Positions 54,937 to 64,000 of a stretch of 64,000 nucleotides of DNA are shown one piece after another (the first letter of the stretch is position 1; the number at the start of each line of letters is the position of its first letter). A program made the position numbers and the translations under genes. The notes under the pieces are model-generated. The model saw only the letters and a program-made list of their open reading frames with translations. It was not told the DNA's origin and did not search any database. Origin of the DNA: a bacterium (lineage in GTDB: Bacteria > Patescibacteriota > Patescibacteriia > JAGPKW01); contig JAJXYN010000012.1 in the NCBI GenBank assembly GCA_021780535.1, positions 5,688 to 69,687 on the forward strand. Reading direction: 5' to 3'.

Positions 54937-54985
54937 TCTAATAAATCTAATATTATATTAGATTTATAAAGTATAATAACTAATT

Positions 54986-56410
54986 ATGTCTGGGAGAGTT
55001 ATTGCTAAAAATTCTATATTTCTTTTAATATCTTCCGTTTTTCAAAAACTGGTAGCTTTTGTTTATTTTGTTATTTTAACACATAATCTTCCTGCTGATT
55101 CTGTTGGTAAATATTCTTTTGCGTTTAGTTTTGCTCTTATTTTTGCTGTGTTCATGGATTTTGGAACTAATGCTCTTTTGATAAGAGAAACTTCTCGTAA
55201 TGAAAGTTCTATGAATAAATATACAAACAATATATTTTTCTTAGAATTATTGCTTGGTGTTATTTTCATATCTTTATCTATTTTTGCGGTTAATCTTTTA
55301 GGTTATCCTAAAGTTACTATACAACTTGTTACTATTGCTATATTTAGTGTTTTTGTTGATAATTTAACCACCACTTTTTATGCAGTATTAAGAGGTAAAC
55401 AACAAATATGGTTTGAAAGTATTGGATATGCTATATATCAATTAATAGTTTTAACACTTGGATTTTTTATTGTTAAAAATGGATTCCCTTTATATTTTTT
55501 AATGGTTCCACCACTTGTAGCTTCAATTATTAATTTTATATATGCCTTTATAATTCTTTATAAAAAAACAGATTTTAGATTTAAATTTGATTTTGATTCA
55601 GTTTTTATTAAGTCAATTGTTATGCTTGCTTTGCCTTTTGCGTTGACTGGAATATTTACAAAACTATATAGTTCACTTGATAGTTTGTTTCTTTCTTGGT
55701 TTAGTACTGATGAAAATATAGCCTATTATCAAGCTGCTTTTAAAATTGTTTTTGCTTTGCAATTTATTCCCATAGCAATTGGTTCTGCAACTTATCCAGC
55801 ATTTTCTAAATATTTTAAAGAAAATAAAGAAAGATTAATAAATACGTTTGAAAAATCTTTTGTTATTTTGTCTTCAATAGCGATTCCATTATCTTTTGGT
55901 GTTTTTGCTGTTTCAAAAGATTTTATTGATTTTATATATCCATCATATACGTCATCTATACTTGTTCTCCAAATTTTTTCTGCTTCTTTCTTTTTTATGT
56001 TTTTAAATTCACCGGTTGGATTAGCTCTTTCTGCTTGCGATAGGCAAGGGATAAATACTAGAAATTCTTTTATATCAATGATGACTAATCTAGTATTAAA
56101 TCTTATTCTTATACCAAAATTTGGTATATCTGGGGCTGCCACAGCTTCTGTTATTAGTTTTGTTGTTCTATTTTCAATGAATTTTAAAGAGGCTAGAAAT
56201 GTTGTTGGTTTTAAAGTGTCTTATTTATTGAAAAATGTATTAAAAGTTTTAGTTGCTTCTTTGATTATGTTTTTTGTTGTTATATTTTTTAAACAATATA
56301 TTAATTTTATTTTTGTAATACCTATTGGCATAATGGTTTATGGTGGTTTGGTATTTTTATTTAAAATTGTAAGTTTGAAAGATATTAAAAAATTGATAAA
56401 AAAAGAATAA
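54986..56410 (+). CDS. polysaccharide/oligosaccharide flippase (Wzx/MOP superfamily)
   Basis: 474 aa with about 12-14 TM helices; location in the glycan cluster. Confidence 0.65.
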   Translation: MSGRVIAKNSIFLLISSVFQKLVAFVYFVILTHNLPADSVGKYSFAFSFALIFAVFMDFGTNALLIRETSRNESSMNKYTNNIFFLELLLGVIFISLSIFAVNLLGYPKVTIQLVTIAIFSVFVDNLTTTFYAVLRGKQQIWFESIGYAIYQLIVLTLGFFIVKNGFPLYFLMVPPLVASIINFIYAFIILYKKTDFRFKFDFDSVFIKSIVMLALPFALTGIFTKLYSSLDSLFLSWFSTDENIAYYQAAFKIVFALQFIPIAIGSATYPAFSKYFKENKERLINTFEKSFVILSSIAIPLSFGVFAVSKDFIDFIYPSYTSSILVLQIFSASFFFMFLNSPVGLALSACDRQGINTRNSFISMMTNLVLNLILIPKFGISGAATASVISFVVLFSMNFKEARNVVGFKVSYLLKNVLKVLVASLIMFFVVIFFKQYINFIFVIPIGIMVYGGLVFLFKIVSLKDIKKLIKKE

Positions 56411-56418
56411 ATATAATA

Positions 56419-57339
56419 ATGTTAATTGATAAAAATATGAAAATATCAATAATTATTCCAACTTATAACAGAGCTTCTTATATTGATAAGGCTATTTGGA
56501 GTATAAAAGATCAAACTAATTTTGATTTTTCAAATCTTGAAATTGTTATTGTAAATGATGGATCTACTGATAATACTGATGAAATTATTAATAAATGGAA
56601 AAACGTTTTTGATATTAATTACATAAAACAAAAAAATACAGGTGTTTGTATAAGTAGAAATGTTGCTATTAAAAATTCAAAATATGATACTGTTTTATTT
56701 TTTGATGATGATGCTATTATGGATAAAAATTGTTTGATAAATGTTTCTATTGTTATGGAAAATGAAAAAGCCATTGTTGGAAAAGTTTTGCCAAAAACTG
56801 ATAATATATGGAAATATTTTTCTGGACATTATAATCAAGGTGATAATGTTTGTGAATCAAATTCTTTTCTTGAAACTATAGCTGCATTTAAAAAAGAAGT
56901 TTTTGATAATGTTGGGTATTTGAATGAAAATATAGATTATGGGTCTGAAGGGGAAGAATATTTTGGTAGATTGAAAAATACATCATACAAATTAATGTAT
57001 TATCCTAATGTTATTATTTATCATGATTATAGTACTGATATATTAAAATTTATAAAAAAACAATATAAATTTGGAGAAAAAATGCTTTATGTTAAAAATA
57101 TTAGATTAAATTCTGTTATAGATGTTGTTAAAAATTATAGAAGTATAAAAAGAGGAAAAATGGTTTCAAACGCCGATGTTTTTAAATCAAATTCTTTATT
57201 TACTAATATTACTTTTTTTGAAAAAATATTTTTTATAATTATTTCTAAAATAGGTGTTGCATCACATTTAGTAGGTACTATTGTTGGATTTTATAAATAT
57301 AGTATGTCCACTTTAATGAATAAAAATATTAAAAAATAA
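56419..57339 (+). CDS. family 2 glycosyltransferase
   Basis: ISIIIPTYNRASYIDKAIWSIKDQ...VIVNDGSTDNT and a DxD-type FFDDDA motif. Confidence 0.8.
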   Translation: MLIDKNMKISIIIPTYNRASYIDKAIWSIKDQTNFDFSNLEIVIVNDGSTDNTDEIINKWKNVFDINYIKQKNTGVCISRNVAIKNSKYDTVLFFDDDAIMDKNCLINVSIVMENEKAIVGKVLPKTDNIWKYFSGHYNQGDNVCESNSFLETIAAFKKEVFDNVGYLNENIDYGSEGEEYFGRLKNTSYKLMYYPNVIIYHDYSTDILKFIKKQYKFGEKMLYVKNIRLNSVIDVVKNYRSIKRGKMVSNADVFKSNSLFTNITFFEKIFFIIISKIGVASHLVGTIVGFYKYSMSTLMNKNIKK

Positions 57340-57347
57340 AAACTTAA

Positions 57348-58238
57348 ATGATTGATTTATCTATTGTTATTGTTAATTATAATGTTAAAGATTTGGTTGT
57401 AAAAAATTTACAGTCTATTTTTACTTTTACAAAAAATATTTCTTATAAAATTTATTTAGTGGATAATGGTTCTTCTGATGGAAGTGTTGAATATCTTAAT
57501 GATGTTTTTAAAAATGAGATAGAATCTGATTTATTAAAAATATATGATACAAAAAATAATAATGGATTTGCTAAGGGTAATAATATTCCGCTTGCAGATA
57601 TTGATAGCAAATATATTTTATATATAAATCCTGATATGGAGATAAGTGAAAATGTTTTTTATAAACAAATAGATTTTATGAAAAATAATCCACTGGTAAA
57701 TTTTTCTACTTGTATGTTAAAATATCCAGATGGTGAAATCCAACACAATATAAAAGGGTTACCAACTTTTTTGATTAATCTTATTATATTACTTAAATTA
57801 CATCATTTTTTAAAATTTGATTTTCTAAAGAAATATTTTTTGTCTGATTTTAATTATTCTAAAACACAAAAAGTTGAACAAATAATGGGAGCTTTTGTTT
57901 TTGCCAAAAAAGAAATTGTTGATATTGTTGGGGTTTGGAGTGAAGATTATTGGCTTTGGTGGGAGGATGTTGATTTGTGTAAAAGAATTAAAAATTTAAA
58001 TTTTGAAATATTATACAATCCGAGTACTTTTGTAATTCATTACGAAGGGAAAAGCTTTTTTCAATTAGCTAGCATTGAAAGACAAAAGAGGTTTAATAAT
58101 GGTATGCTTATTTATTCAAAAAAATATTTTACTTATTATGAATATTTAATTTTGAAAATTTTTTCTTATTTTAGTTTGTTTTTAGCTTGGGTTACTATGA
58201 TTTTTAAGATTAAGCCTAGAGGGCAGGGGAAAATATAA
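57348..58238 (+). CDS. family 2 glycosyltransferase
   Basis: LSIVIVNYNVKDLV...YLVDNGSSDGS GT2 fold motifs. Confidence 0.8.
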   Translation: MIDLSIVIVNYNVKDLVVKNLQSIFTFTKNISYKIYLVDNGSSDGSVEYLNDVFKNEIESDLLKIYDTKNNNGFAKGNNIPLADIDSKYILYINPDMEISENVFYKQIDFMKNNPLVNFSTCMLKYPDGEIQHNIKGLPTFLINLIILLKLHHFLKFDFLKKYFLSDFNYSKTQKVEQIMGAFVFAKKEIVDIVGVWSEDYWLWWEDVDLCKRIKNLNFEILYNPSTFVIHYEGKSFFQLASIERQKRFNNGMLIYSKKYFTYYEYLILKIFSYFSLFLAWVTMIFKIKPRGQGKI

Positions 58239-58258
58239 TCTTGTTTTAATATATAAAT

Positions 58259-58344
58259 CTAATTAATAATGTTTTCTTTTCATAGTGTTCCGCTCGGTTA
58301 ATTTTTAAATGAGCTCACAAATGAATGAAAACATTATTAATTAG
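58259..58344 (+). repeat. hairpin element family, copy C: 18-bp perfect inverted repeat, same core
   Basis: CTAATTAATAATGTTTTC / GAAAACATTATTAATTAG flank the core TTTTCATAGTGTTCCGCTCGGTTAATTTTTAAATGAGCTCACAAATGAAT. Confidence 0.6.
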
Positions 58345-58370
58345 ATAATTAGATTTATTTTTAAAATTAT

Positions 58371-59726
58371 TTGCTAATTATTTATTTTATGTTTTTAATC
58401 TTGTTGTTTTTATTATGTAGTGGTGGATTTTTTTGGATGTATTTTTTTTATAAAAAAAATAAATTTTCTTTTGATAATTTATTTTTTGGTTTGTGGTTTT
58501 TATTTGTTGCTGTTGCTCAATTGAGATTAAGTCCTCTTGAGTCTGTTTTTGGTCCTAGTTTTTGGATTGCTATTGGTATTTTTTCTTTGTTTTTTTATTT
58601 GGTTTATAATTTGGTGAGAATAAAATTAAATAAAAAAATACCAGAAAATGAACATAAAATAGATATAGATGAAAATTTTTTTCTTATAGTATTAAGTATT
58701 ATGTTTGTTGTTAGTATTATTGCTAATTTGTATATATTTTTTAAATTTGGCACTATGCCTATATTTGCTACCGCTCCTGATAGAATGAGATTTGTGATTA
58801 ATAAAGAAACTTTTGGACTTATACAATATGCAGCCTTTTTACCTAGAATTTTTATACCATTTTCTTTTATATTTTTGTTTAAAAAGGGTGAAATTATTAA
58901 ATTATGGAAGAAAATTTTTGTTATATTGATGATATTTTTTGGTTTTTTGATTTTACTTATGTATGCTTCTCGTGTTGTTATATTGTTTCCGATAATAATT
59001 TCGTTTTTTTCTTATTTGGTTTTGAAAATAAAAGATATTAAATTAAAGCAAATTGTTATTTCTTCTTTTATTGTCGTTTTTTCTGTTTTGTTTTTGTCTG
59101 TTGTTATCCCTGTTTTTAGACAATATATAACATATAAAGATTATTATGGTAAGGTTTATAATGCAAAAACTGGAGAATTTGATTTAGAATCTGCGCCATT
59201 TAATTATATTTTGGATATATCAAAAATAAATATTCCAAAAAAGTTTAATTTATTAGTTCCTTTATATATTGTGCCTAGTTTTAATTTGCAAACCTTTTAT
59301 CACGCTACTAATTATTTTGGTGGATCTCATGATTTTTATTATGGAAAATATTTGGCATCTATTTCGGATTCTTTTGTTAAGAGATTTGGTGTTAAGTTTT
59401 TTGATATAAATATTAAATGGGGAGATATATTTTTGCCTTGGTGGAATACTGGTACTTTTTTATTTGATTTTTGGGCGGATTTTGGATATTTTGGTATGAT
59501 ATTTGCTGCTATTATTTTTGGATCTATTTTCGCTTCTATTTATGTTTTTGCAACTAAAAAAAATAATCTTATATTTACTTTGCTTTTTGCTTATTTCAAT
59601 TTTTTTATAGTGATGAGTATTTATACAAATTATATTAGAAGGGAAGAACTTTATGTTGATATAGCTTTAATGTTTGCACTACATTTTACATTTTATTTTT
59701 ATGGAAAGAAGAAAACAAAGAAATAA
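58371..59726 (+). CDS. polytopic membrane protein, O-antigen/oligosaccharide repeat-unit polymerase (Wzy)-like
   Basis: 451 aa, more than 10 TM helices, location after the flippase and GT2 genes. Confidence 0.5.
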   Translation: MLIIYFMFLILLFLLCSGGFFWMYFFYKKNKFSFDNLFFGLWFLFVAVAQLRLSPLESVFGPSFWIAIGIFSLFFYLVYNLVRIKLNKKIPENEHKIDIDENFFLIVLSIMFVVSIIANLYIFFKFGTMPIFATAPDRMRFVINKETFGLIQYAAFLPRIFIPFSFIFLFKKGEIIKLWKKIFVILMIFFGFLILLMYASRVVILFPIIISFFSYLVLKIKDIKLKQIVISSFIVVFSVLFLSVVIPVFRQYITYKDYYGKVYNAKTGEFDLESAPFNYILDISKINIPKKFNLLVPLYIVPSFNLQTFYHATNYFGGSHDFYYGKYLASISDSFVKRFGVKFFDINIKWGDIFLPWWNTGTFLFDFWADFGYFGMIFAAIIFGSIFASIYVFATKKNNLIFTLLFAYFNFFIVMSIYTNYIRREELYVDIALMFALHFTFYFYGKKKTKK

Positions 59727-59769
59727 TTAAAATAAAAAATAGGAAGCCACATACATAGCTTCCTGTTTT

Positions 59770-60426
59770 TTATTTACCAAAATTTCTTTGCTGATCATCA
59801 AAAAAATTCATTGCTTCTTCTAAGTCTTGTTTGTTGAAGTCTGGCCAGAATTTGTTTGTAAAATATATTTCTGAATAACTTGATTGCCATAATAAGAAAT
59901 TTGATAATCTTTTATTACCGCCAGTTCTTATTATAAGGTCTGGTTCTAAATTTGAATCTAAGTTTTTTGAAATATTTTCTTCTGTTATTTTTTCATTTTT
60001 TTCTTGTAATTTTTTTACCGACCTTACTATTTCATTTCTTCCACCATATGCTATGCATATTTGTAATAATATTTTATTACAATCTTTTGTATATTCTTCT
60101 AAATCTAAAAGAGCTTTTTTTGAGTCATCTCTTATTTTTGATATTTCTCCTAATATTTTTAATCTAATATTTTCTTTTATAAACTTATTTTTATTTTTAA
60201 TCGCAAAATTTGTCATTAAATCAAAAATATTTTTTAATTCATCTTTTTCTCTTTGTAAATTTTCTGTTGATAGAGCATATAGAGTTAATGTTTTTAATCC
60301 AAGTTCTGATGCCCAAAGTATTATGTTTTCTACATTTTCTATACCTTTTTTATGTCCTAATAATTTTTGAAGATTATTTTCTTTTGCCCAACGTCTATTG
60401 CCATCCATTATTATTGCTATATGCAT
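59770..60426 (-). CDS. uppS: undecaprenyl-diphosphate synthase (cis-isoprenyl transferase)
   Basis: HIAIIMDGNRRWA signature and RTGG...LSNFLLWQ motifs. Confidence 0.9.
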   Translation of the reverse strand: MHIAIIMDGNRRWAKENNLQKLLGHKKGIENVENIILWASELGLKTLTLYALSTENLQREKDELKNIFDLMTNFAIKNKNKFIKENIRLKILGEISKIRDDSKKALLDLEEYTKDCNKILLQICIAYGGRNEIVRSVKKLQEKNEKITEENISKNLDSNLEPDLIIRTGGNKRLSNFLLWQSSYSEIYFTNKFWPDFNKQDLEEAMNFFDDQQRNFGK

Positions 60427-60561
60427 AATAAAATATTAATTATTAACTTTATTATATTCTATTAGAAAATTTATCTTATTGCAAAAGTTCCATAAAAATT
60501 ATAATATATTTGAACAACTTGATTTTGTCTGATTTTATACCTAACACCAGGAGGTGTATTT

Positions 60562-62388
60562 ATGCGTTTTGAAAAAAGTTTTTTTGCTGAGATTTTTAAT
60601 TCCATTAGGTTTAGAATAGTTTTATTAAACTTGCTTATTGGTTTTTTTGTTGCTATTAGTGTTGGATTTGCTCTTTACTTAAAAACAAATCTATCACTAT
60701 CAGAATCATCTGTTGATGACTTAAAAATAAATGCAAATGTAGCTTTCGATTATTTTAATAAAACATATTTAGGTGCTTGGCATATTGCAGATAATAAACT
60801 TTATAAAGGAGATGTTGAAATTAATTCTGATTTTAATGATTCTTTGGATTTTATCGTTTCAAAAAACGCCTTCAATGGTTATGTGACAGCTGTTTTTTTA
60901 AATGATACTTGTGCATCAACTACCATTTCAGATGAAAATGGTAAGAAAACTATTGGCATTAAAGTTGATCAGGATACGGTTACTAATGTTATCAAAAATG
61001 GTCAAAATTATTATACAATAATAAAACTTTTTAATGATAATTGTTATGCGGCTTATTTACCAATAAAAGATGAAAACAATAACAATATTGGTATGTTCTT
61101 TTTTGGTGAACCAGAAAAAGGGACTAGTGATTTGATTTTGTCTATTGTGCTACTTGTTGTTATAGTTTTACTTTTTGTTTTTGTTATTTCTTTTATTCTT
61201 AGTTTTATAATTGCCTCTAGAATTGTTAAACCAATTAACGAGGTTAATAAGGTTCTTTCTTTAATAGTAAAGGGAGACGGGGATTTGAGTATTAAAATAA
61301 ATTCAAACTATAAAGGTGAGGTTGGTGAGCTTTCTAATAATTTCAATTCTTTTATTGGTAGGCTTGGTGATATTATATTAAAAATCAGAGGAGTTTCTTC
61401 TGATTCTAAAACTTTTGGTGATGAGTTATCTGCTAGCTCTTATGAATCTTCTGCAGCTTTAAGAGAGATGTCTGCTAGTATTAAATCTATAGATGTTTCT
61501 TCTAGAAAGCTAGAAAATACTATTAATGAAGAAGTTAATATGCCAATTCTTGGTATTAATAATCACATGAAGAGTGTTTCTGACCAAAATGCTTCACAAT
61601 TAGTTGCTATTAACCAAACGCTAGCTTCTGTATCCCAGATGATCTCTAAGTTATCTGGTCTAGTTACTCTTAATAATGAAAAAATGTTTTTTATAGAAGA
61701 TATGGTTAAAGCAGCTGAGATGGGTAAAACCGAAATGGTATCATTGGTAAAAGCTAATAGTGATATTTCTGCTGATATTGTGAAAATAAACGAGGCTAAT
61801 GGACTTATTGAAAAAATATCATCTCAGATAAGTTTACTTGCTATGAATGCTGCTATTGAGGCTTCTCATGCTGGTAATGCTGGTAAGGGATTTGCTGTTG
61901 TTGCTAAGGAAATGACAAATTTAGCAGTATCTTCACAAGATGGTGTTAAAAAGATTAGTGATCTTACAAAACAAATTCTTGCTAGTGTGAAAGTTGGAAA
62001 TGATAAAACATTGAAGGCTAATTCCGTTATTGGAGAACTTTTGAAGGGTATATCGGAAATAGTTACCTTAATGAAGTATTTTCATGAGAGTCTTAACCAA
62101 ATTTCTTCTGGAATTGATCAAGTGAATAAAGTAACGGAAAATGTTGTTTCTATTTCTAAAATAGTTGCTGACTCAATTGTTGAAATAGAGGGTAAAATTG
62201 CTACTGTTACTAATGGTTCTGATAGAGTAGTATCTCTTTCAAGGGAGGTGTCTCAAGGTATATCGGAGATATCTATCGGAATTAATGAAAACAATGAAGC
62301 TGTTCTACAAATTGCTGATGCTAGTCGAAAGAATGCTGATAATATAGATATTTTGGATAGGGAACTATCTGTTTTTAAAACGATTTAG
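60562..62388 (+). CDS. methyl-accepting chemotaxis protein (periplasmic sensor + TM + HAMP + MCP signalling domain)
   Basis: SD CAGGAGGTG. Two TM helices. The signalling-domain core LLAMNAAIEASHAGNAGKGFAVVAKEMTNLA is highly conserved. Confidence 0.85.
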   Translation: MRFEKSFFAEIFNSIRFRIVLLNLLIGFFVAISVGFALYLKTNLSLSESSVDDLKINANVAFDYFNKTYLGAWHIADNKLYKGDVEINSDFNDSLDFIVSKNAFNGYVTAVFLNDTCASTTISDENGKKTIGIKVDQDTVTNVIKNGQNYYTIIKLFNDNCYAAYLPIKDENNNNIGMFFFGEPEKGTSDLILSIVLLVVIVLLFVFVISFILSFIIASRIVKPINEVNKVLSLIVKGDGDLSIKINSNYKGEVGELSNNFNSFIGRLGDIILKIRGVSSDSKTFGDELSASSYESSAALREMSASIKSIDVSSRKLENTINEEVNMPILGINNHMKSVSDQNASQLVAINQTLASVSQMISKLSGLVTLNNEKMFFIEDMVKAAEMGKTEMVSLVKANSDISADIVKINEANGLIEKISSQISLLAMNAAIEASHAGNAGKGFAVVAKEMTNLAVSSQDGVKKISDLTKQILASVKVGNDKTLKANSVIGELLKGISEIVTLMKYFHESLNQISSGIDQVNKVTENVVSISKIVADSIVEIEGKIATVTNGSDRVVSLSREVSQGISEISIGINENNEAVLQIADASRKNADNIDILDRELSVFKTI

Positions 62389-62620
62389 ATTTTTACCGCT
62401 CACTTTGTGAGTGGTATTATTTTTGGTAAAACAAAAGCAGAAAATATGTTTCAATTTTCTGCTTTTATAACCCTCTAAAATAAGAGGAGCCAATGTCGCG
62501 TTGGCTTTTATAATATATCAATAATAATAATTGTTGTGAAGATTATAATCATGTGCGAAATCTTTACAAAATAATATTTTGATAGTATAATGTTTATCGT
62601 TATTGGAGCACAATAATTAT

Positions 62621-62695
62621 TGGGGAATCGCCAAGTGGTAAGGCTCCGGCCTTTGGAGCCGGCATGCGTAGGTCCGAATCCTACTTCCCCAGCCA
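62621..62695 (+). tRNA. tRNA-Gln (anticodon UUG); U1-A72 first pair, 3-bp D stem
   Basis: TGGGGAA-TC-GCC-AAGTGGTAA-GGC-T-CCGGC-CTTTGGA-GCCGG-CATGC-GTAGG-TCCGAAT-CCTAC-TTCCCCA-G-CCA. Confidence 0.8.
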
Positions 62696-62825
62696 TCCTT
62701 CGCATAGCTACGGCTGGCGATGCCAATTTGAGAGATAGACCGTGATGGGTCTATTTTTTGTTGCAAATAGAATGTTTTTGGAAATAAAAAATAACTCTAG
62801 TTTTTTTGTTAGAGTTATTTTTTAT

Positions 62826-64000
62826 TTATTTTTCGATATAAATCACTTCATTTTCTATTTTTATATCGAATTTTTTCGCTAAATCTTTATGTTCTAATAA
62901 TTTTGAAGAAAATTTATTTGTATGTGCTTTTATTTCTATTCTTTCTTGATTTGATTCTTTCAATATTTTTTTAACTTGTTCAACTATATTTTTCATAAAA
63001 GATACTACTAAACTCCCAGCTTTATCTCTATATTCTTCTTCTACTGCTAAATCATGAATATATATACATTTTTCTTGTGTTTTTGTGTTAATTGCTGGAT
63101 AAGCCAAAGCATATCCTCTTAAAATTCCTTTTTTATCAAAATAACCAACATTCAAATTATCTATATTATTTTTTATAAAAGAATAATGACTTCCTATTAA
63201 TAAATTTTGCATTGCAACACCGCCTTCTTTTTCATGACTCTGGTGTATTTCATCTTCAAGGTACATACAAGGAATAGAATCTAAATAATCTATAGAAAAA
63301 ACGCCATTTTGTCTTATCTGTTTTTGCTTTTCTTTAGAATTATCAATAACATCTATTCTATGAGATTTTCCATTATGATTATCTATATAAGAAAGTAACG
63401 TTGATGGAATAAAATTATTGTCTGCATCATCTTTACTGCCAAGCCAACTATCTATACTAGAGTCATTCAAAGATGTTTTACCAACTATAAAATAATCTTG
63501 ATTTATATGAAGGTTTTGTTTTGTAAGTTCTTTGAACGCTTCTATATATATTTCTCCAAGATGAGAATCTTTTAGAACTATTTTATCTCTAAAGTTTTTA
63601 TTTCCTTCAATATTATCAAAACAAATAATAGGTTTTGTATTTGCGTAAAATCTTTCAAGAAAATCTTTACCTAGTTTTTCTGATAAATTTCCATTTTTTA
63701 CGCCTTCTTTTATTTTATTTAATATTTCTTTATCTTTTACATCATAATCTATAGTAACGAGAGATTGAAATATAACATTTCTTCTTGTTTTGCCAATATC
63801 TTGTTCTTCAAATGATACAGAAAATTGAAAACAACTTGGATTAAAATTATATAAGGTTCTTTTACCATCAGAAAACGAATCGCAAGATCCGGTATCATTA
63901 CCAACTGTAGCTCTTCTATAGTCATCAAATCTTAAAAACTTACCAACTATATTTAAATTACTTCCTATATTTGAAAAATCTTGTAATCTATCAATTTCTT
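62826..64000 (-). CDS. hypothetical protein, 5'-partial (continues past the window end); GNAT-like C-terminal region
   Basis: The track ORF 62826-63470 starts at an internal TTG. The same frame stays open with no stop from 63471 to 64000. The C-terminus has ...CIYIHDLAVEEEYRDKAG.... Confidence 0.5.
   Translation of the reverse strand, partial: EIDRLQDFSNIGSNLNIVGKFLRFDDYRRATVGNDTGSCDSFSDGKRTLYNFNPSCFQFSVSFEEQDIGKTRRNVIFQSLVTIDYDVKDKEILNKIKEGVKNGNLSEKLGKDFLERFYANTKPIICFDNIEGNKNFRDKIVLKDSHLGEIYIEAFKELTKQNLHINQDYFIVGKTSLNDSSIDSWLGSKDDADNNFIPSTLLSYIDNHNGKSHRIDVIDNSKEKQKQIRQNGVFSIDYLDSIPCMYLEDEIHQSHEKEGGVAMQNLLIGSHYSFIKNNIDNLNVGYFDKKGILRGYALAYPAINTKTQEKCIYIHDLAVEEEYRDKAGSLVVSFMKNIVEQVKKILKESNQERIEIKAHTNKFSSKLLEHKDLAKKFDIKIENEVIYIEK

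Noticed and set aside
62696-62745. Moderately GC-rich stretch after tRNA-Gln (CGCATAGCTACGGCTGGCGATGCC) considered as a second partial tRNA
   Set aside because: There are no paired acceptor or T-arm elements. It precedes an ordinary hairpin terminator (TAGACC/GGGTCTA + T6) and is most simply read as terminator context.

Overview
This 64 kb window is strongly AT-rich bacterial chromosome (by eye roughly 25-30 % G+C), read in the standard genetic code, with Shine-Dalgarno sites (GGAGG) and consensus sigma70-type promoters. It is mostly compact housekeeping genes.

Features in window order:
- Genes: gltX, uvrB, rnj, an OppA-like solute-binding protein, secG, ftsE, ftsX, murG, secA, rplU, recR/ybaB, dnaB, dnaX, trmD-KH-rpsP, greA, a CIRCE-controlled hrcA-grpE-hsp20-dnaK-(unknown)-dnaJ heat-shock locus, rplT-rpmI-infC, tmRNA next to smpB, argS, holB, and a cell-envelope cluster (BNR lipoprotein, D-Ala-D-Ala carboxypeptidase, Wzx-like flippase, two GT2 glycosyltransferases, Wzy-like polymerase, uppS).
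- Also: an MCP chemoreceptor, a 2,125-aa alpha-2-macroglobulin-like surface protein convergent with a class A PBP, and eight tRNA genes.
- The combination of a small, streamlined, AT-rich gene set with many lineage-specific hypothetical proteins fits a Patescibacteria/CPR-like organism. That is inference only.

Most unusual signals:
- A tRNA gene whose canonical acceptor, D and T arms are intact but whose anticodon loop holds an 86-nt intervening sequence.
- A roughly 260-nt G+C-rich island upstream of dnaB with its own promoter, palindromic operator, SD, a 45-codon ORF and a chain of perfect hairpins.
- A three-copy family of about 80-95-nt hairpin elements whose closing stems co-vary, each sitting between a gene end and the next plus-strand gene.
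- A second three-copy intergenic element family.

No CRISPR array, IS element or rRNA gene is visible.
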